From: Paramecium tetraurelia
Lineage: Eukaryota
Direction: 5' to 3'
Assembly: GCA_000165425.1 (NCBI GenBank)
Contig: CT868096.1
Coordinates: 310,001-374,000, forward strand
DNA length: 64,000 bases
Below are positions 1 through 15,500 of the stretch, in pieces (position 1 is the stretch's first letter; every line of letters begins with the position of its first letter). The translations under genes were made by a program, and so were the position numbers. The notes beneath the pieces are model-generated. The model had not been told where the DNA came from, did no database searches, and saw nothing but the letters and a program-made list of their open reading frames with translations.

Positions 1-3000
1 AACACCAGTCTGTTCTTTGAGTTCGAATGTATGGAACCATGTCACCGTTGGTATTTTAGATATAAGTATTAATGATGATTTTAAGCCATTAAATTAAAGG
101 AAATTATTGAGAATCTTTATTGGCAATGTAGAACGAAACTTAACTATAATTACAAACGTTAAGCCTTATTAAAAATTAGTGTTAGGACCAGTATTTATGG
201 ATGATTAGGGGTCAGAAATTGTTGAAATTTAAGATATCAAAATTTTTAAAGGATTTGGAATTAGATAAACTTATAATTAAGATTGTTAAATATTTGTTGG
301 CAGCTATTGTGCATTTTGTAAACCCAGCACTCATTTCTGTAAAGAATAAGATCCTAATGACGATTCAAAATTTTATATATGTCCAGCTGGATATAAATAT
401 GAAAATTACCTATGCAAAAAAATAATGATTCCAAACTGTCTCAGGATGTCATCATCATCACCTTCATGTGAAATTTGTGATTAGAATTATAACTTAATTA
501 GCGGTTTATGCTAATTAAAAAACTTAGCGGCATCTTCCCCATTCACTTGTAGTGATACAAATGCACAACTTTGCTCATTCAACATTACTTAAGATGTAAT
601 TCTATAATCTTCAAATACTAAGCAAGTAAGTAAATTATGCAGCAATAATAAATACTCCAATGCTCAATCAACATGCGCTTTAATAACAGTACCCAATTGC
701 GATAAAGCTCAATATCAAAGTGGTTGTAGTTAATGCAGCCCTTCCTATATAATGACAGATAAAAAAACTTGCGCAACTTCTTGTCTAAATGCCTTAAGAT
801 TTATTGGATAAAGCAATATCTGTGTAGGTAAGTGTGATAGATACCTCTTTAAAGCTGTTTGTTAAGGTCTGAAATATAAAAGCATATAATATAACTGTAG
901 TCTTTAAAAGAATTGTACAACTGCTGAAATGGATATTGGTTATTATTGTTTGCCAATAGAATTCAGTGTTCCTGGTAAAACTCAAAATTGCTTAAAATTA
1001 ACAGCAAATTGCAATTCAATCTGCAAACATTGTTTTGGAACTGATATAACTCATTGTTTGGCATGTTATTCAGATATGTATTATAACCCTTATATGACAA
1101 CTTGCATGCCTAACTGCAATAACGCAGCCAAAGGTAATATATTTTTATTTAATAACAAAATTAAATGGTTGTGTGAAAAAGAATGCCCAACTAACTTATA
1201 TACATAGAATTCTGATTGCGTTCAGATATGTAGTGCCGGATATAAATTATATGATAGAAAATGTATTCTAACAACTTAAAATGCTACATATGGAGTATTA
1301 TAAGATTTCCCTAACAATGCACCACCCACTTAAATGGTCGTACTTAAGTATTGTCCTTAATTTTGTAAATAATGTACAAGTGAAGCTGTATGCACTAGTT
1401 GTTTAAATCAATATCCAATGGATTAAAATATGTGTGTTGAGTCATGCCACCCTCAATACTTAGAAGTAATAGATAACATTGGTTCGTGTAGAATGTCTTG
1501 TGACCCTCATGATTTGATTTATGATAATGAAGACATTAATGGATATAAGATTAAATAATGCTTTAAGATAAAATGCGGATCTATAAGAGTCAATAAAGAT
1601 TATTAAACTTTTCTTCATTAATCTGACTCTCATCGATGTATGTATCCCTGTGACGACGGATATTATGGTAATACTTTACTTTTATAATGCTTACCTTGTA
1701 ATCCTATTTGTGCTACTTGCTCATAGAGTGCAATCTACTGCACTTCTTGCCCATACTTTAAGTTTTTAGATTAATCTGGCTGTTACGATTCTTGTTAAGG
1801 TAAGTATCAAAATTATTTGAACTCAAAATGTGAAGGATCATGTTCATTAGGATTTTAGGTAATGGACGTGGCTAAAAGTATATTTGCATGTGTTGAATAT
1901 TGTGGAGCTAACTATCCGACTTATTTATATTCTTGGAATAATAGATGTTATGAAGAAGCACCAACGATAGGAGCTTATTGTGTAGACAAGAATTGTTATA
2001 ATTGTAATTATAAGTGTAAAACCTGTTTTGGTCCTGACTAAAATCAATGTTTAAGTTGTAAGGCTAAATCATATTTACTTAACAATGAGTGTGTGAAACA
2101 GTGTTATCCACTATATAATGATAATATAAAATGGGAATGTGTTGATAAATGTACTGATTCCATTTAAACTTATGGTCCACAAGTTGTTAATGGTTCGACA
2201 TAAACAGTTACATATTGTTCAGTAACTTGCTTGTTTAATCAGTATCAATTCAAAGAAAAATGCTATAATTCTAAACCTGCAGAAACCTATTGCTTATAGA
2301 GAACCAATTATTTATTTTGTGATAGCTGTGCCTCAGTTTGCAAAGAATGCCAAAATGCTTACTCTACATCCTGTTCAAGATGTGCCCCTGGTGCTTATAT
2401 CTATGGAACTACCTGTTATACAGATTGTCCGGACAATGCACCTTATAAGGATACAGGCAGACTTTAATGCGTGACGAATTGTGATTACTATGCTGAAAAT
2501 GGAATTTGCGTTTATTCCTGCTCCTCTTCCTATTACTAATATCCAGAAATGAGAACATGTTACCAAATGGGCTGTCCTATGGGTACTTATAATATTAAAC
2601 CTTATAAAATTTGCTATAAATGTTACACTGGATGTGCCACTTGCACTAGTGGATATTAAAATGGATGTTTGACTTGCTAAGTTGGATACTTTATGAATGG
2701 AGGGACAACTTGTATCAATAAATGCATTGTTGAACCTGATTTAGTTTAAGATTGGGTTAATAGCAAATGTGTTTAATAATGTCCTTTTGGAACTTTCATA
2801 AGAACATTAGATAATGGAGCACTTGCTTGTACTGAAGATTGTCCCAAATATTATTATTCAAACATATGCGTTTCTGAATGTCCTAGCTAAACCTATTTAG
2901 ATAAAAAGATTTGCAAAAGTTGTGCTGGTCCTTGTTCAGAATGTTTTGGTGTTAAAGTATTTGAGTGCACTAAATGTGATATTGGTTATTATAGAGATGA

Positions 3001-6000
3001 AACAACATGCTATGCTGTTTGCCCTGACCCAAAGCCTTATGCAAATTTAGCTGACTCAACATGTGTGACTACTTGTCCTGACTACTTATATTTGAAAAAA
3101 AAATATTGCTTTAGTCCTTGTCCTGGATTTTTATACTAATATGAATTAAATGGTAAGAAAGAATGTGTAGATTAATGCTATTCAAATTCATACTTATGGC
3201 TTGGGAAATGCTATTAATGCGATCCCATTTGTAAGGAGTGTTTTGGGCCTAATAATGGTAATTGTCTTGAATGTCAACTTCCTTATTTTTTGGATGAATA
3301 GACTTGTGGGAACACTTGTCCTCAGTTTTATGATTTAACTGATCATGTCTGCAAGGATGCATGTCCTGTTAATTTAGTAATCTAAGGAATGAATTGTTAA
3401 AATGAATGTGATTTAGGATATTTAGTGTATAATTAAGTTTGTGTAAATACTTGTCCAAATTTTGCATATCAAGTAGGTGATCACTGTTATGATTGTAATT
3501 TATATTGTAGCACTTGTTTTGGACCAACAGCTGATGAATGTTACTCTTGCATAGATAATTACTTTTTATATTAACAGAGTTGTAAATCAGTGTGCCCTCA
3601 TTTTTATAATAAAGAAAATAAAACTTGTATGGAAAATTGTAGTAATATGTATGAAATAGCAGAAAAAAAAGAATGCGTTACAACATGTCCATCATAATAT
3701 ATCCTCTGTGAATCTAAGTGTATTTTAGTTCTAGAAGATGGATATTATTTAAACGGTAATCAATGTGTAAAATGTGATCCTAAATGTTCCAAATGCACCT
3801 CAGCAACAGTTTGCTAAGCTTGCGCCAAAAATTTTTATCTAGAAGTAACTTCATGTGTCAATTTTTGCTCAAATGAATATTTGTTCATGGATCCCATTTC
3901 AAGTTCATGTGTCACTAAATGTCCTTCTACTTTATACCATTTAGAATCGTTTGGTAAAAGGTTCTGTGTTTCAGATTGCCCTTATAAACTTTATGATCAA
4001 TGTGTATCAGCTTGCCCAAGTGGAATGTATCCAAAAGATACTATTTGTACTTAATGTCCAAAATATTGTAATGAATGTGAGTCAGCTACAAAATGCTCAT
4101 CCTGTTTATTTGGCTATTATTTATAAGATGAACAATGCTAACTAAGTTGCACAATTGGAAAGACTGATAGAAAGAATATTAAATGTGTTGATGAATGTGA
4201 CCCTACTTTATTTGAATACTAAAATGAATGCTTAGAAAATTGTCCTACTGATCCAATTGTCTATAAGAATAAATAAATCTGTGCTCTTAGTTGTCCAATA
4301 GCCACATATTAAGATGCATAAGAGTGTCGAGATTGTGATTCATCATGTACATCATGTATTGGCCCTTCATATTAAGATTGCATCACTTGTTCAAATGGAT
4401 ATTATCTAGATAATCAAATTTGCACTTAAACATGCTCAAATTTATATGATGAAGTTAACAAATAATGTGTACTTACTTGTCCTACTAATCTCTACTTAGA
4501 TCTTGATAAATGTGTTGCAATTTGTAGTATATATGAGTACAATAGCGTATGTGTTAGTACCTGTCCACCATTAACGTACTTTTTGAATAAAAAATGCCAT
4601 GATTGTTCAGAAAACTGTTAGGAATGTAATTCTATTGGTTGTATCAAATGTGCTGTTGGCACCTATTTAGATGATGGATTATGTAATAATTATTGCCCAT
4701 ATTATTACAATGATGTTAATAATGAATGTGCTTAATTATGTCCTAAAGATACATATCTATATATTGACCATTGTTATTCTCAATGTCCATTGAGTACTTT
4801 TTAGTATAAGAAAGATTGTCTTTTAGCTTGTCCATCTTTAACAGTCTTATAGAATACTTAATGTGTATAATGTCCTGAAAGATGTTTGACTTGTAAGAAT
4901 GAATATGAATGCTCTAAATGTGAAAGTCCATACTTTTTATTTAATGGCTCTTGTGTTATACATTGTCCATTATAACTACCATTTGAAGATATTACTAATG
5001 GCTAGTGCGTGTCTGTTTGTCCACCAGAAGCTTATGAGAGAGGATATGAATGTATAAAAGAATGTAATTTAATCATATACTAAAAATAATGTCTTTAAGC
5101 ATGTCCTACTGGATATTATGGTAATGATTATTGTAAGCCTTGTCGATTAGAATGTAAAGCATGTTCAACTTTTGAGGTTTGCACTGAATGTAATGATAAC
5201 TTTTTCCTTGAATACAATTAATGTGATACATAATGTACAAAAATTAAGGATTTAAAATCCAAATCATGTGTTGATACATGTAACTCATTACTATATAAAA
5301 ATGTTTGTTATCAAACTTGTCCTTAAAATACTTACGAAAATACGAATGAATGTGTTTTAAGTTGTAATGATGGCTATTATGGTTCTTAAGACTTTAAATG
5401 TATAAAGTGTCCTTAATAATGTGGAACTTGTACTAGTGTTTTATAATGTACTAAATGCAATATTGGATATTTTCTTTACAATAAGTAATGTTTGGACTAA
5501 TGCCCAGGATCATTTTTTTCTAACCCTATACTTAATGAATGCTCAAATAAATGTCCTTTAACTACATTTATATTTTAAAATTCATGTCTTTTTGAATGTC
5601 CATCTGAATATTTAAATGATATGGAAAATTATAAATGTGTGAATAGTTGTGGATCTTAATAATATTTAAGTAAAAAGAACTGTTTAAGTTGTGCAATAGA
5701 ATGTGATTCATGTACTGGAAGAGGAAATAATAATTGTATCAAATGTGCAAGCGGATTTACATTAACTGAAGATGGAATTTGCTTAGGCAGTTGTAAAGAT
5801 GGATATTATAAGTCAGATAATTCATGTCAACAATGTTTACATAAATGCTAAACATGTGAAAATGGAACTGATTGTAAAAAATGTAGAGGTACTAATCGAA
5901 ACCTTGAAGATTGTTCTTGTTAAAAAGGATATTATGATGATGAATATTAGGATGATTGTAAAAGATGTCCTTGTGATGAATGTACTGCTGCTGATAATTG

Positions 6001-9000
6001 TCTTATATGTAAAAACAATTTATAAGTTCCAAAATGTTCTTGTGATAGAGTACTCAATCAAGATTGGTGTATAACATGTCAAGTAGCAAAAGTCAATATT
6101 TATTACACTGATGATCTTAATGAAATAATTGTTCATTTTGGTTATTTGATTTCCGTTGATTTAATCAATCCATTTTAACCCTTCAAATTGTTCATTGTGG
6201 TTTGATAATTCTGAAATCTTTGGTTAAAATGCTTAATGTTATTTATCTTGGAATAGATATGCAGTTCATATAACCCTTAAAGCCATATGCATCTGTTAAT
6301 ATTGGAGACAAGTTGAGTTTTAAAAATTCATTTTATAGAGATGTGGATCAAGGAATTTGTGATGGTTAATTTATAGAACAATTTATTGAAAACAAAGTAG
6401 GAGAACCTAAAAGCTTGTAAAAACCATATATTCTATTTGATATTCCTTCTTTTGTTAGTACTTGTAAAACAATATATATCAAATAAATTCTATTAGATGG
6501 CACTGGTTAAAAAATCTAAAATGTTCTATCTTGGACACTCAAAGAAATGAAGGATGAAGAATAGTATTTATAAATGGATGCATTTTTAGCAAATTAGTTA
6601 AATGAAATTACAATTCCTATTGGAACATTATAACCTAACCTTACATATACAATCACAGCTAAATATGTTAATTTCTTGCAAAGAGTAAATTTCACAACCT
6701 TTACATTCACAACTCTTCCAATGCAAGCTCCTTATGTATTTTTGTCATATGACACCTCTAATAGCAAGAGTTTATATATTTGATTGTCATGTCTCGTACT
6801 CAGATATGAAAAACGTATTTAATGTTGCTATTGAAATAACAGATGCTAAAAACAAAACATACATTTCTTTAACAGAATAAATAAATCCAATTTATGAAAT
6901 TCCACTAAATGAATCTCTACTCCCTAAAGAACACTCCTTTAATATTTACTGCATCAACAGGAAGTTCAATTATAATTGAAACTATTAATCTAAAATCAAA
7001 ACTAATTGATATTAAATTTTTATAAAAAGATAGATTTATTGGTTTAGATAATCAAATTAATGCAAGAGGGTTTGATAGAAATATATAGGATGAAATTTTG
7101 AGCACAATGGAAATTAATTATGAATGGCAATGTAATAACTTATTTAATTTATAACCTTGCAAAACAGATGAAAACTAAATTATGCAATTTCCTTCTCGAA
7201 GAGTTGTCAACCATTTTTGCTGATAGTTAAAATACAACTTTAGTATTCTTTGCAAAAGCATCTAAAGGGAATAGATGGACAGTCAAAGAATAGTTAATAG
7301 TAATCACAGATTTTAATATTGAAGAAGAATTTTATATCAACAATAATGATCCATAAAATTCTATTAACGCAAATGATGAAGTAACAATCTTAATTAAAAA
7401 ACAATAAAAGTATGCTTTTATTATTCAAATAACATAAAATTTTATAGTCCCTGAAAATATCAAGTTTGTCATTAAAATTTAGATTGGCTGGTTTAACTAC
7501 TGATTATATAAATCCTGTCTACATCTACTTGGTACCAGGTAATGAATCAATTGGTTTCAAACTGAACGATCCTCCTGAACAAATTTATTTCAAGATTGAG
7601 CCTTTGATTGGAGAATCACTAGATTATTTTAATTACACTCTTTCCAATCTTAAACCTGGAAATTCAATAAGTTTCTATTATTATTTTGAAAATTCCGTTC
7701 TTGAAAATGATGTTAATATATAATCTATAATTAATGGAATACCATTAATCAAAGACTCAAAAGAAACTTTTGGATAATTTTAGTTGCCTAATGGAATTAC
7801 TAATAATTCAATTTCGGTTCTCTGTGAGATATCATCCTCTTATGGAGCTAAAACTTATTTAAAACAAGAAGTTTATGTAATGAGGAAAAATTATGAATTA
7901 CAATAATTATACCAATCGTTCACTAATAAAACAAATTTAGAAAACTTATAAAGTCTTCATACAATGATTGCACTAATCTAGTTAGAAGAACATTAAGTAT
8001 GCTTGAAATAATGCTCAGGGGTTGGGACATGTGTAAATAAGAAATGTTAATGTCCTCCTGGATATTACTTTGCTGATTGTAGTGGAAATTAGGAATAATA
8101 AACAAAATTCAATGATTTTATGTTTAATGCTATGTAATCCCTGATCAAAGCACCAATAAAAAATAACGATGATATGAAATTGTTTAGTCAAACTCTCTAC
8201 TTTTTAACATAATTTAGTTCTAATAATACATTAAGTTTAGAAGATTGCTCTATTGTTTTACAATAATATATAAAGAATACAAATTCTAGATTAGAACAGA
8301 TAAATTAATTTTCAATAAATTTATAATATTAATCAACTGAAGATTTTAATTACTCTTAAATTGATATTCGCTCTTTAGTAAACAAAAACGATTTACATAC
8401 AGCTCTTAAAAGTACTGTTTTTATGTGGGAAAAGACATTATTTACTTCAGGTTCAAATGTTTATTCATTATAAAATCAACTCAACAATTTGATAAACAAT
8501 ATCATTGAATTAACTATCTTCTCTTTAAGTCCTAATGATAAAGTAGACTTTTCAATAGATACTGCATCTATAACTGTTTAAAAATCCTAAAGCCTCCCAT
8601 ATAACTCAAGTAGAGTGTTAGAAGAAATCAATAGCTAGAAATCAGCAATTTATGATATCGTTTATGCAATTTACATTAGAAACTTTTATGCTTTTGATGG
8701 TTACTTCCCATACCCATAGTAAATTTATCCATTATATGATTATTAAATCAGATAGTCCAGTAGAAAAGAAAATATATAGTTAGATTAGCCAATTTCCTAT
8801 CGATTTGGAATTCAAAATGATACTACTAATTTAGTTTGTTTATAAAGAAATGCTAAGACCTATGAATGGTTTGATTAAAATTGCACCATCTCTGAAATAA
8901 ATTCAACTTACTATTGTAATTGTACAACTCTCTCTCCTACAACAATTTGCAATGACTATGATTTTCTTTATTAAGGATCTTCAGGATTCAGGATAAGTCT

Positions 9001-9839
9001 TCCAAATATTTTTTACATCGTTTACATTATTTAATTAATAATACTAGGAATATTTGTGAGCAAATCAAAAACATAAAATGGAGAATAAAAAACTGAAGAT
9101 ACTAAATTTGGTCGTGTCTTTAAATTAGCTAAACATAACAAAGTGAATGTAATTGGCAACTAAGTTTATCCAGTTGATCATGAAAAGGACACAAGAGAAT
9201 TAATAATAAAGCCAGAAGTAGCCAATAAAGATAATAAAAATGATAAGTTTCATTTTAATTATTTCTGGGTACTCAATTTATGCATATATTTAGAAATACC
9301 ACTGCTTAGCATAATTGATATTTAAATAGTTAGCTTACCTTAGCCCATTTATGAGATCACTTTTAATATTATTAAGATGGAATTCTGCAATTATTGTTGG
9401 AGAATTTCTATCCTTGATTTACTTTGACTACTAAATATCTATCTGGATTATATTTGCATCAATAGTCATAATGAGACTTAGTGAGAATTTCTTAAAAGTA
9501 AATATAATTCTAATTTTAGAAATAAATAAAGTATTTTTTTGTCATGAAATAAATTATTCTGGTGATATTAATCAAAGGTTTTATATTTTTACTATTGGTG
9601 TTTACAATATTATGTGGAATTTACTTTTATTTACTGATAGATGACTAAACAAGTTTGGTATTTTAATCTATTATATTTAGATACTTTCTTATTCCGCTGC
9701 AATTATAATTGATATCCTTCTGCTTGATATCATTATTTTTGGCTCAAAAAGATTTTTAGGGGAAAATAAGAAGAAGAATATAAGAAAAAAGATTAATGAG
9801 CTAAAATAAATTGCTAAAGTACATAAGTAGAACGATTGA
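1..9839 (+). CDS. Giant Cys-rich furin-repeat / REJ / EGF / GPS / 5-TM polycystin-1-like receptor, copy 1 (5'-truncated by window edge; six +1 frameshifts as assembled)
   Basis: Open in frame +2 with TAA/TAG=Gln. Motifs: LamG-like WNHVTV at the start, CxxC repeats to ~6080, REJ-like NDPP..IEPLIGESLDYF (~7565) and LPNG..SYGA, EGF CSGVGTCVNKKCQCPPGYYFADC (~8010), GPS-like W..QNC..YCNCTTLS (~8870-8935), then hydrophobic helices. Introns 9269-9293, 9498-9519, 9658-9680; TGA 9837-9839. Frameshifts between 6181 and 7429 inferred from the paralogue. Confidence 0.85.
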
Positions 9840-11015
9840 TATAACCAATAATATTAAGAATATGATATTATTCAAATAGTATATAATTTTAACTTTATGT
9901 CTATTATATCTTTGATATTCTTATTAATACCTAGCTATGATTGTTATTTTTATGTCTATTTTAGAAATATGATATTCACTTACAAATAATAATAATCTTT
10001 AAGGATAGTTTAGTCTTTTTAATACTATAAGTTAAACTTTTAAAATAAAATAAGAAAAAGATTTGACTTACAATAATTTATTTTGATTGCCTTTAATTTA
10101 TAATACTGAATAATCTTATAAGATAACAAACTAATTTCATAAAAATGGAATATCCACCACATTAACAAATAAATAATCTCTTCATCATTATTTTATTTAC
10201 AATTACAGATCGGAAATTAATATTCACCCAGATTTGATTTTTTCTTTAAGATGTAGAAAATAATGATGTATTTAAATAGTTTCTTATCTATTAATTTAAT
10301 ATATCGGACACTTAAGCTTAAGTTTTGGGTTGATTTTGCTTAATCTATTATTGAAAACAAAATATTTTAATGTGCTTATTTGAGTAATATTTAAAATACT
10401 TTTCATTCCTTGAATTGCATAAAATAAATTAAAATTATTCTGTCAACTCTGCTAATATTTTAGATAGAAAAGACCTTCATTCATCAGCTTGATGCATTTA
10501 TCATCACTTTTATTAATTGCAGCTTATTTATTAACTATTCTATCACAATCCTATAATTTGAAAGACATCCTATATCACAATTACTGTATTACTAAAAGTT
10601 TATACATTTAATGGACATAATTGTATTTTATAACTGAATCGGATTAATACAAGGACTTTTTTGTATCTTTCCTTATATCCTGACATCATTTATTGATTCA
10701 AGTATATTTTGCACAAGTTTGTTTATAATATGTATTCTAAATTGAATTGATATTCTCTTCTAAATTATATTGATAAAATTTAAGATGGTTGGTTTTTAAT
10801 ATAAGTACTTAATTATAAAGATAAGTAAGGTCTTATATTTTTCTTATGCATCAAAGGGAAATGGAGAAAATTTCCTTGATAATAATATATTTTTTCCAAC
10901 CTTCCTAAAGTTTACAATTATTTCTTAAAATTTTTATCATTATTTATTAATTAAAAAATTTAATAAAAGTATATATTTTATCCTTATTATAAATATAAAT
11001 AAACTCTTTCTTTAA

Positions 11016-11950
11016 TCAATATCTTAACTTTTATGGTGTTAACTTAGAAATTACAACTTTATTCTATCTTATGACTTTATCCATCTCAGTTTTCCAATAC
11101 TATAGAATCATAAATGATAAAATGATTACCTTTAATTCTTGTTACAACTCAATTATTTGCTTACTAAATTTATCTTTCAAAGATTATTCTATTTCATTTT
11201 TTTTACTCAATTATTTTTCATATTGTCCAATTTTTACATGCAAATTGGAGTTCTCATTTTATAGAAATTTCACTTGCTCATTATTTTTATTGGCTTAATT
11301 CAGCTTGACTTCCATCTCATTCAATTATTCTTGAAAGTTCTAGAAAACAATATTTCAATCATAATTTACTCTATCTCTAGGACTATAAATATTTCTTGAT
11401 GCTTTTTTTAATAATCCAATTTCTTCTTAATAATTTTATTCTTTTACTACAAAGTCTTTGAATTTTTTTTGATAATCAGACATAGTAATATTAGATTATT
11501 ACATCAATCCTTCATACTTCTGAATCATTTCCTGTTCTTTTGTTTTATAATAATCTATTAAATTAACGGTTGAATACCTTCATAATATTTCCTTAGCTTT
11601 TCTCTCTCATTGTTATTTTCCTACTAATAGTAATATAGCTTATTTAGTGCTTCTTTGGCAATATCCCCTTGTCTTTTCAATTCTTCTAATAAATTTTTCT
11701 CATTCAATTTCAGATCCTTAATTTTACTTTCTTGATTTATAATTATCATTTCAAGATCCTCTCTAATTTTAGTAAGCTATTACTTGTTTTTTACTAAGGT
11801 TTCAAAATTTGATCTTAAATTCAAGACTTATTCTTGATTAGCTAGTGACTTTGATTTAACTTTTTTCTTGGAAGTTTTAGTAGAGTTAATTTTGTTCTCT
11901 TTATGTTTCTTCTTTGAATCATGAGGATTTGTATTCTATCTAGTAGCCAT
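11016..11950 (-). CDS. Hypothetical coiled-coil protein
   Basis: ATG at 11950 (MATRQNTNPHDSKKKHKENK...), K/E/Q/L-rich heptad-like sequence, short introns ~11555-11577 and ~11340-11369, ends ...LTPQKLRY-TGA. Confidence 0.7.
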
Positions 11951-12587
11951 ATAAACGTAATTAAAGAAATATAATTAAATAATAATATAATCATATTTTT
12001 TATTATTTAGAATTTCTAATATTTTTTTGAAAAAAAAGGGTCATTTCGTTTGATACTATAAAAGGGTTTGAATTCATTTAAAAAACGAGGATTTACATCA
12101 GCGCATGAATGCACATTCATCTACTTCGATTAAATTGAGTATTAGGTCTTTGTTTAATACTTATTATTAAGAGTAAACGATGTCATCTAAATAAATGTAA
12201 AATTTTATTTTTTATCAGAACTCTAAACGCTTACTTTTAGAGAAGTTATAAAAATGGAAAAATTTCTAATTACTCAAAAATATTATTATCTAAATTGATA
12301 TTATATAAGGAACAAATAGTGCAAGTCATGTTTGATTTTAATACATTGATTATTTAATTTCGAATTGACTAATTTCAAGGAAATCTAAACATAATTTACT
12401 ATTAGAAGTCGAAATAAGAAATAGAGTTAAGTACTTTTTGTTGACTTTTAAAAAATAAATTTATTATTTAAAAATTTCTATGACTAATTGTTTTTTAGAT
12501 ATAATTATAATGATAAATGTAATAAATTATGTTCAAAATGAGAATTTAAATGACAAGACAGAATCATTTTTAATTAATTATATTAAT

Positions 12588-15500
12588 ATGTGTTTTTTTA
12601 TAAAGGCATTTTTATTTTTATTACCCTTTTTAAACCAAGCCCAAAGATTTAAACTGTAAGGATCGAAGCCGTTATATATGAATTGCATAGACATTAATGA
12701 AAGTTTTAAGAATTTATTATGTTGTAGGTGATAATGGCTTTGTGGGAAACTAGTACTTTTATGATTAGCTCTCATAATCTGGAAGTTTGGTAAATCTTGA
12801 CAAAATTACATTTACCTTATGGATAAATGTATATTAAAAATACAAACTGAATGGAAAGTAAATTTTGTTTGCTTTTGTCGATGGTAACACAAATAACCCT
12901 GTAAAGTATTAACTCATATTAGTATCTTAATTTAATATTATATTACACAATTTCATCAGGATAGTATACTATGACCTTATCAAATGAAAGATTTTCTCCA
13001 GAGATAGTTTTATTACCATTATCACAGTATACAATTTATATATTCCAGGTAAAATGATCTTTATATTGGCAGTTGGTGTCATATAGTATTATCTATAGAT
13101 TAGAGCACAAGTAATACTTTTATTAATTTGAAATTTTTTTCTACATATGATAATTCACTGAATTAGATTCAAGACGTTCTAGTGAATTAAAAGTAATTAA
13201 TTTTTTTTTTATAATTAGATTAAAATATAAATTTGGAGTGCATTCTAGAATAACTAATGAGTAATTATTTAAATCCTCTACTGATTACAAAGCATGTGTA
13301 AATATTGCTAATTTTTATTATATCAACGGATGGACAACAATGGATTCAGAAACTTATATGGACTATGATTTAGAATTGAAGTTCTTTCTCAAACCTTATA
13401 GGGCCAAAGGCTTTAATGTTAACGACTAATTTATGAATGTAGCTTTGAGATAATATTCCAACCCTGTATTTCTGGGTAGTCCTATAGGATTATACTTGTA
13501 TAAGAACACACAGATAGTGTATACTTTTATGGAAGATCTAGGTTCCTTAACAATGATGTTTTGGATTAAGCCAATGAATATCGTATCGCTTTTTTAGTTT
13601 ATTTCTTTGACTGATGATGCATTATAGTAGACAAGCATAGGATTTGGAGTAAGTTCTGACTATTACTTATAATTTCATTAAAATTATGGTAAGTCCCCGT
13701 TAGGTAAATTAGAAGAAAGCACTTGGGCTCATGTGACAGTTGGTGTTTTGGAGCTAAGTTATAATTCTGATTTTATTCCTACAAGCTCAGTTAAGCTATT
13801 AAGAGTTTTTATTAATAAATCTTAGGTTGAATATAAAAAGATCTATTCCGTGATAGCATACAAAAGATTAATATTGGGACCAATATTTACTGATGATTAT
13901 GGAGATGAATGCATCGATATTTAAGACATCAAAATTTATAAAGGCTATGGTATCTAAAAATCTCAAGGGGATTGCAGATTATTTGTTAGTGCATATTGTG
14001 CATTCTGTAGACCTGATACTCATTATTGCAAAGAGTAGGATCCAACTGATGATGATAATATTTATACTTGTGCAGCTGGCTATAAAGAAACTCCAAATGG
14101 CTGTTCTCCTATAACAATTTAAAATTGTCTTAGACAATCTGGACCACAATGTGCAATTTGTGCAGATAATTATAACTTATCTTCCGGAAGTTGCACTTAG
14201 ATAAATCCCTTAGTGTCACCATATGAATGCGATGATCCTAATGCAATATTTTGCAGAAGAACAATTTATAGGGATAATTCAAAGTCTACTTTCGAATAGA
14301 GTAAACTTTGTAAACTAGATTATGGATAACAGTCTAATTAATTTTACTGTGAAAATAAATACTCAAATAACTGCGTCTAGGCTCAATTCTAATAAAAATG
14401 TTATAAATGCAATAATAATTACTACTTAACCGAATAAAATACATGTTAAGTAACTTGTACACAACTTAACAAATTTTAGTCTAACGGAGTTTGTTTAAAA
14501 AAGTGTCCATTTAAATATTATTATACGTTTAATTGTTATAGTACATCATCACTACCTTAATATTATTGTAGCTCTTAGAAGTGCGATCAATAGAAAGAAC
14601 TAGATCTTGACTATTATTGTCTAAATTATTTTTATTCAAATGGTAAGTATAAATATTGTACACTACGTGGTTAAACCTAAGAAAACGAAAAATGGATTGA
14701 TTGCCATTCTGACTGCAAATATTGTTTTGGTTGGTAATAAAATTAATGTTTGGGTTGTTATTCAAACAAATTTTTTAGTCCGTATGACACAAAATGCGTA
14801 GATGATTGCAATGATCTAAAATATTTTAAATATAATAATAGAGATAAAATGGTTTGTGAATTAGAATGTCCTTCAGATTATTTCACATAGGATTTAGAAT
14901 GCGTGAGGAGTTGTAAAATTGGTTATGCTCTTTATAATAAAAAAATATGTTAACCAGATACTCAAATTACAGATAATTTCGTATCCATCTTGATGTTCAA
15001 ATCTGTATTTGTTGATTGTCCTCAAGTTTGCTAAACATGCACAAGTTAAACAATTTGTACTAGTTGTCTAAATAATTATATTTTAACTTAGAATAGTTGT
15101 CCTGTAACATGCTATCCAAAATATCTCTACATTGATGAAGATGACGTGAGTCATTGCTTAACCAGCTGTGACCCAACTGATTTAGTATATGATAATTCTA
15201 ATATTGACGGGTATAAAATTAGACAATGCTTCAAACTTAAATGTGGTTTTATCTAACTTGGTAGGACATAATAAACTTATTTACATTAAACGAAACCTCT
15301 TACTTGTGTGTATCCATGTGATCCTGATCATTATCCTAATCAAAACAATTATTCATGCGTTAAATGTGACCCTATTTGTCTCAATTGTTAAAACTCAGCT
15401 ACTTTTTGTACTAAATGCTAACCAGGGACCTATCTTTAAGATAATAGTTGTTTCACTTCCTGCAAATCTAAATTTAAGAATTATTACAATAATCAATGCG

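Noticed and set aside
400..6080. Cys-periodic region as a classical Paramecium surface (immobilisation) antigen
   Set aside because: The repeats are CxxC furin-like, and the protein ends in REJ/GPS/multi-TM rather than a GPI signal.
10100..10950. Possible TGA-free reading frames in the spacer after copy 1
   Set aside because: No recognisable motif or clear start; long open frames arise easily with a single stop codon.
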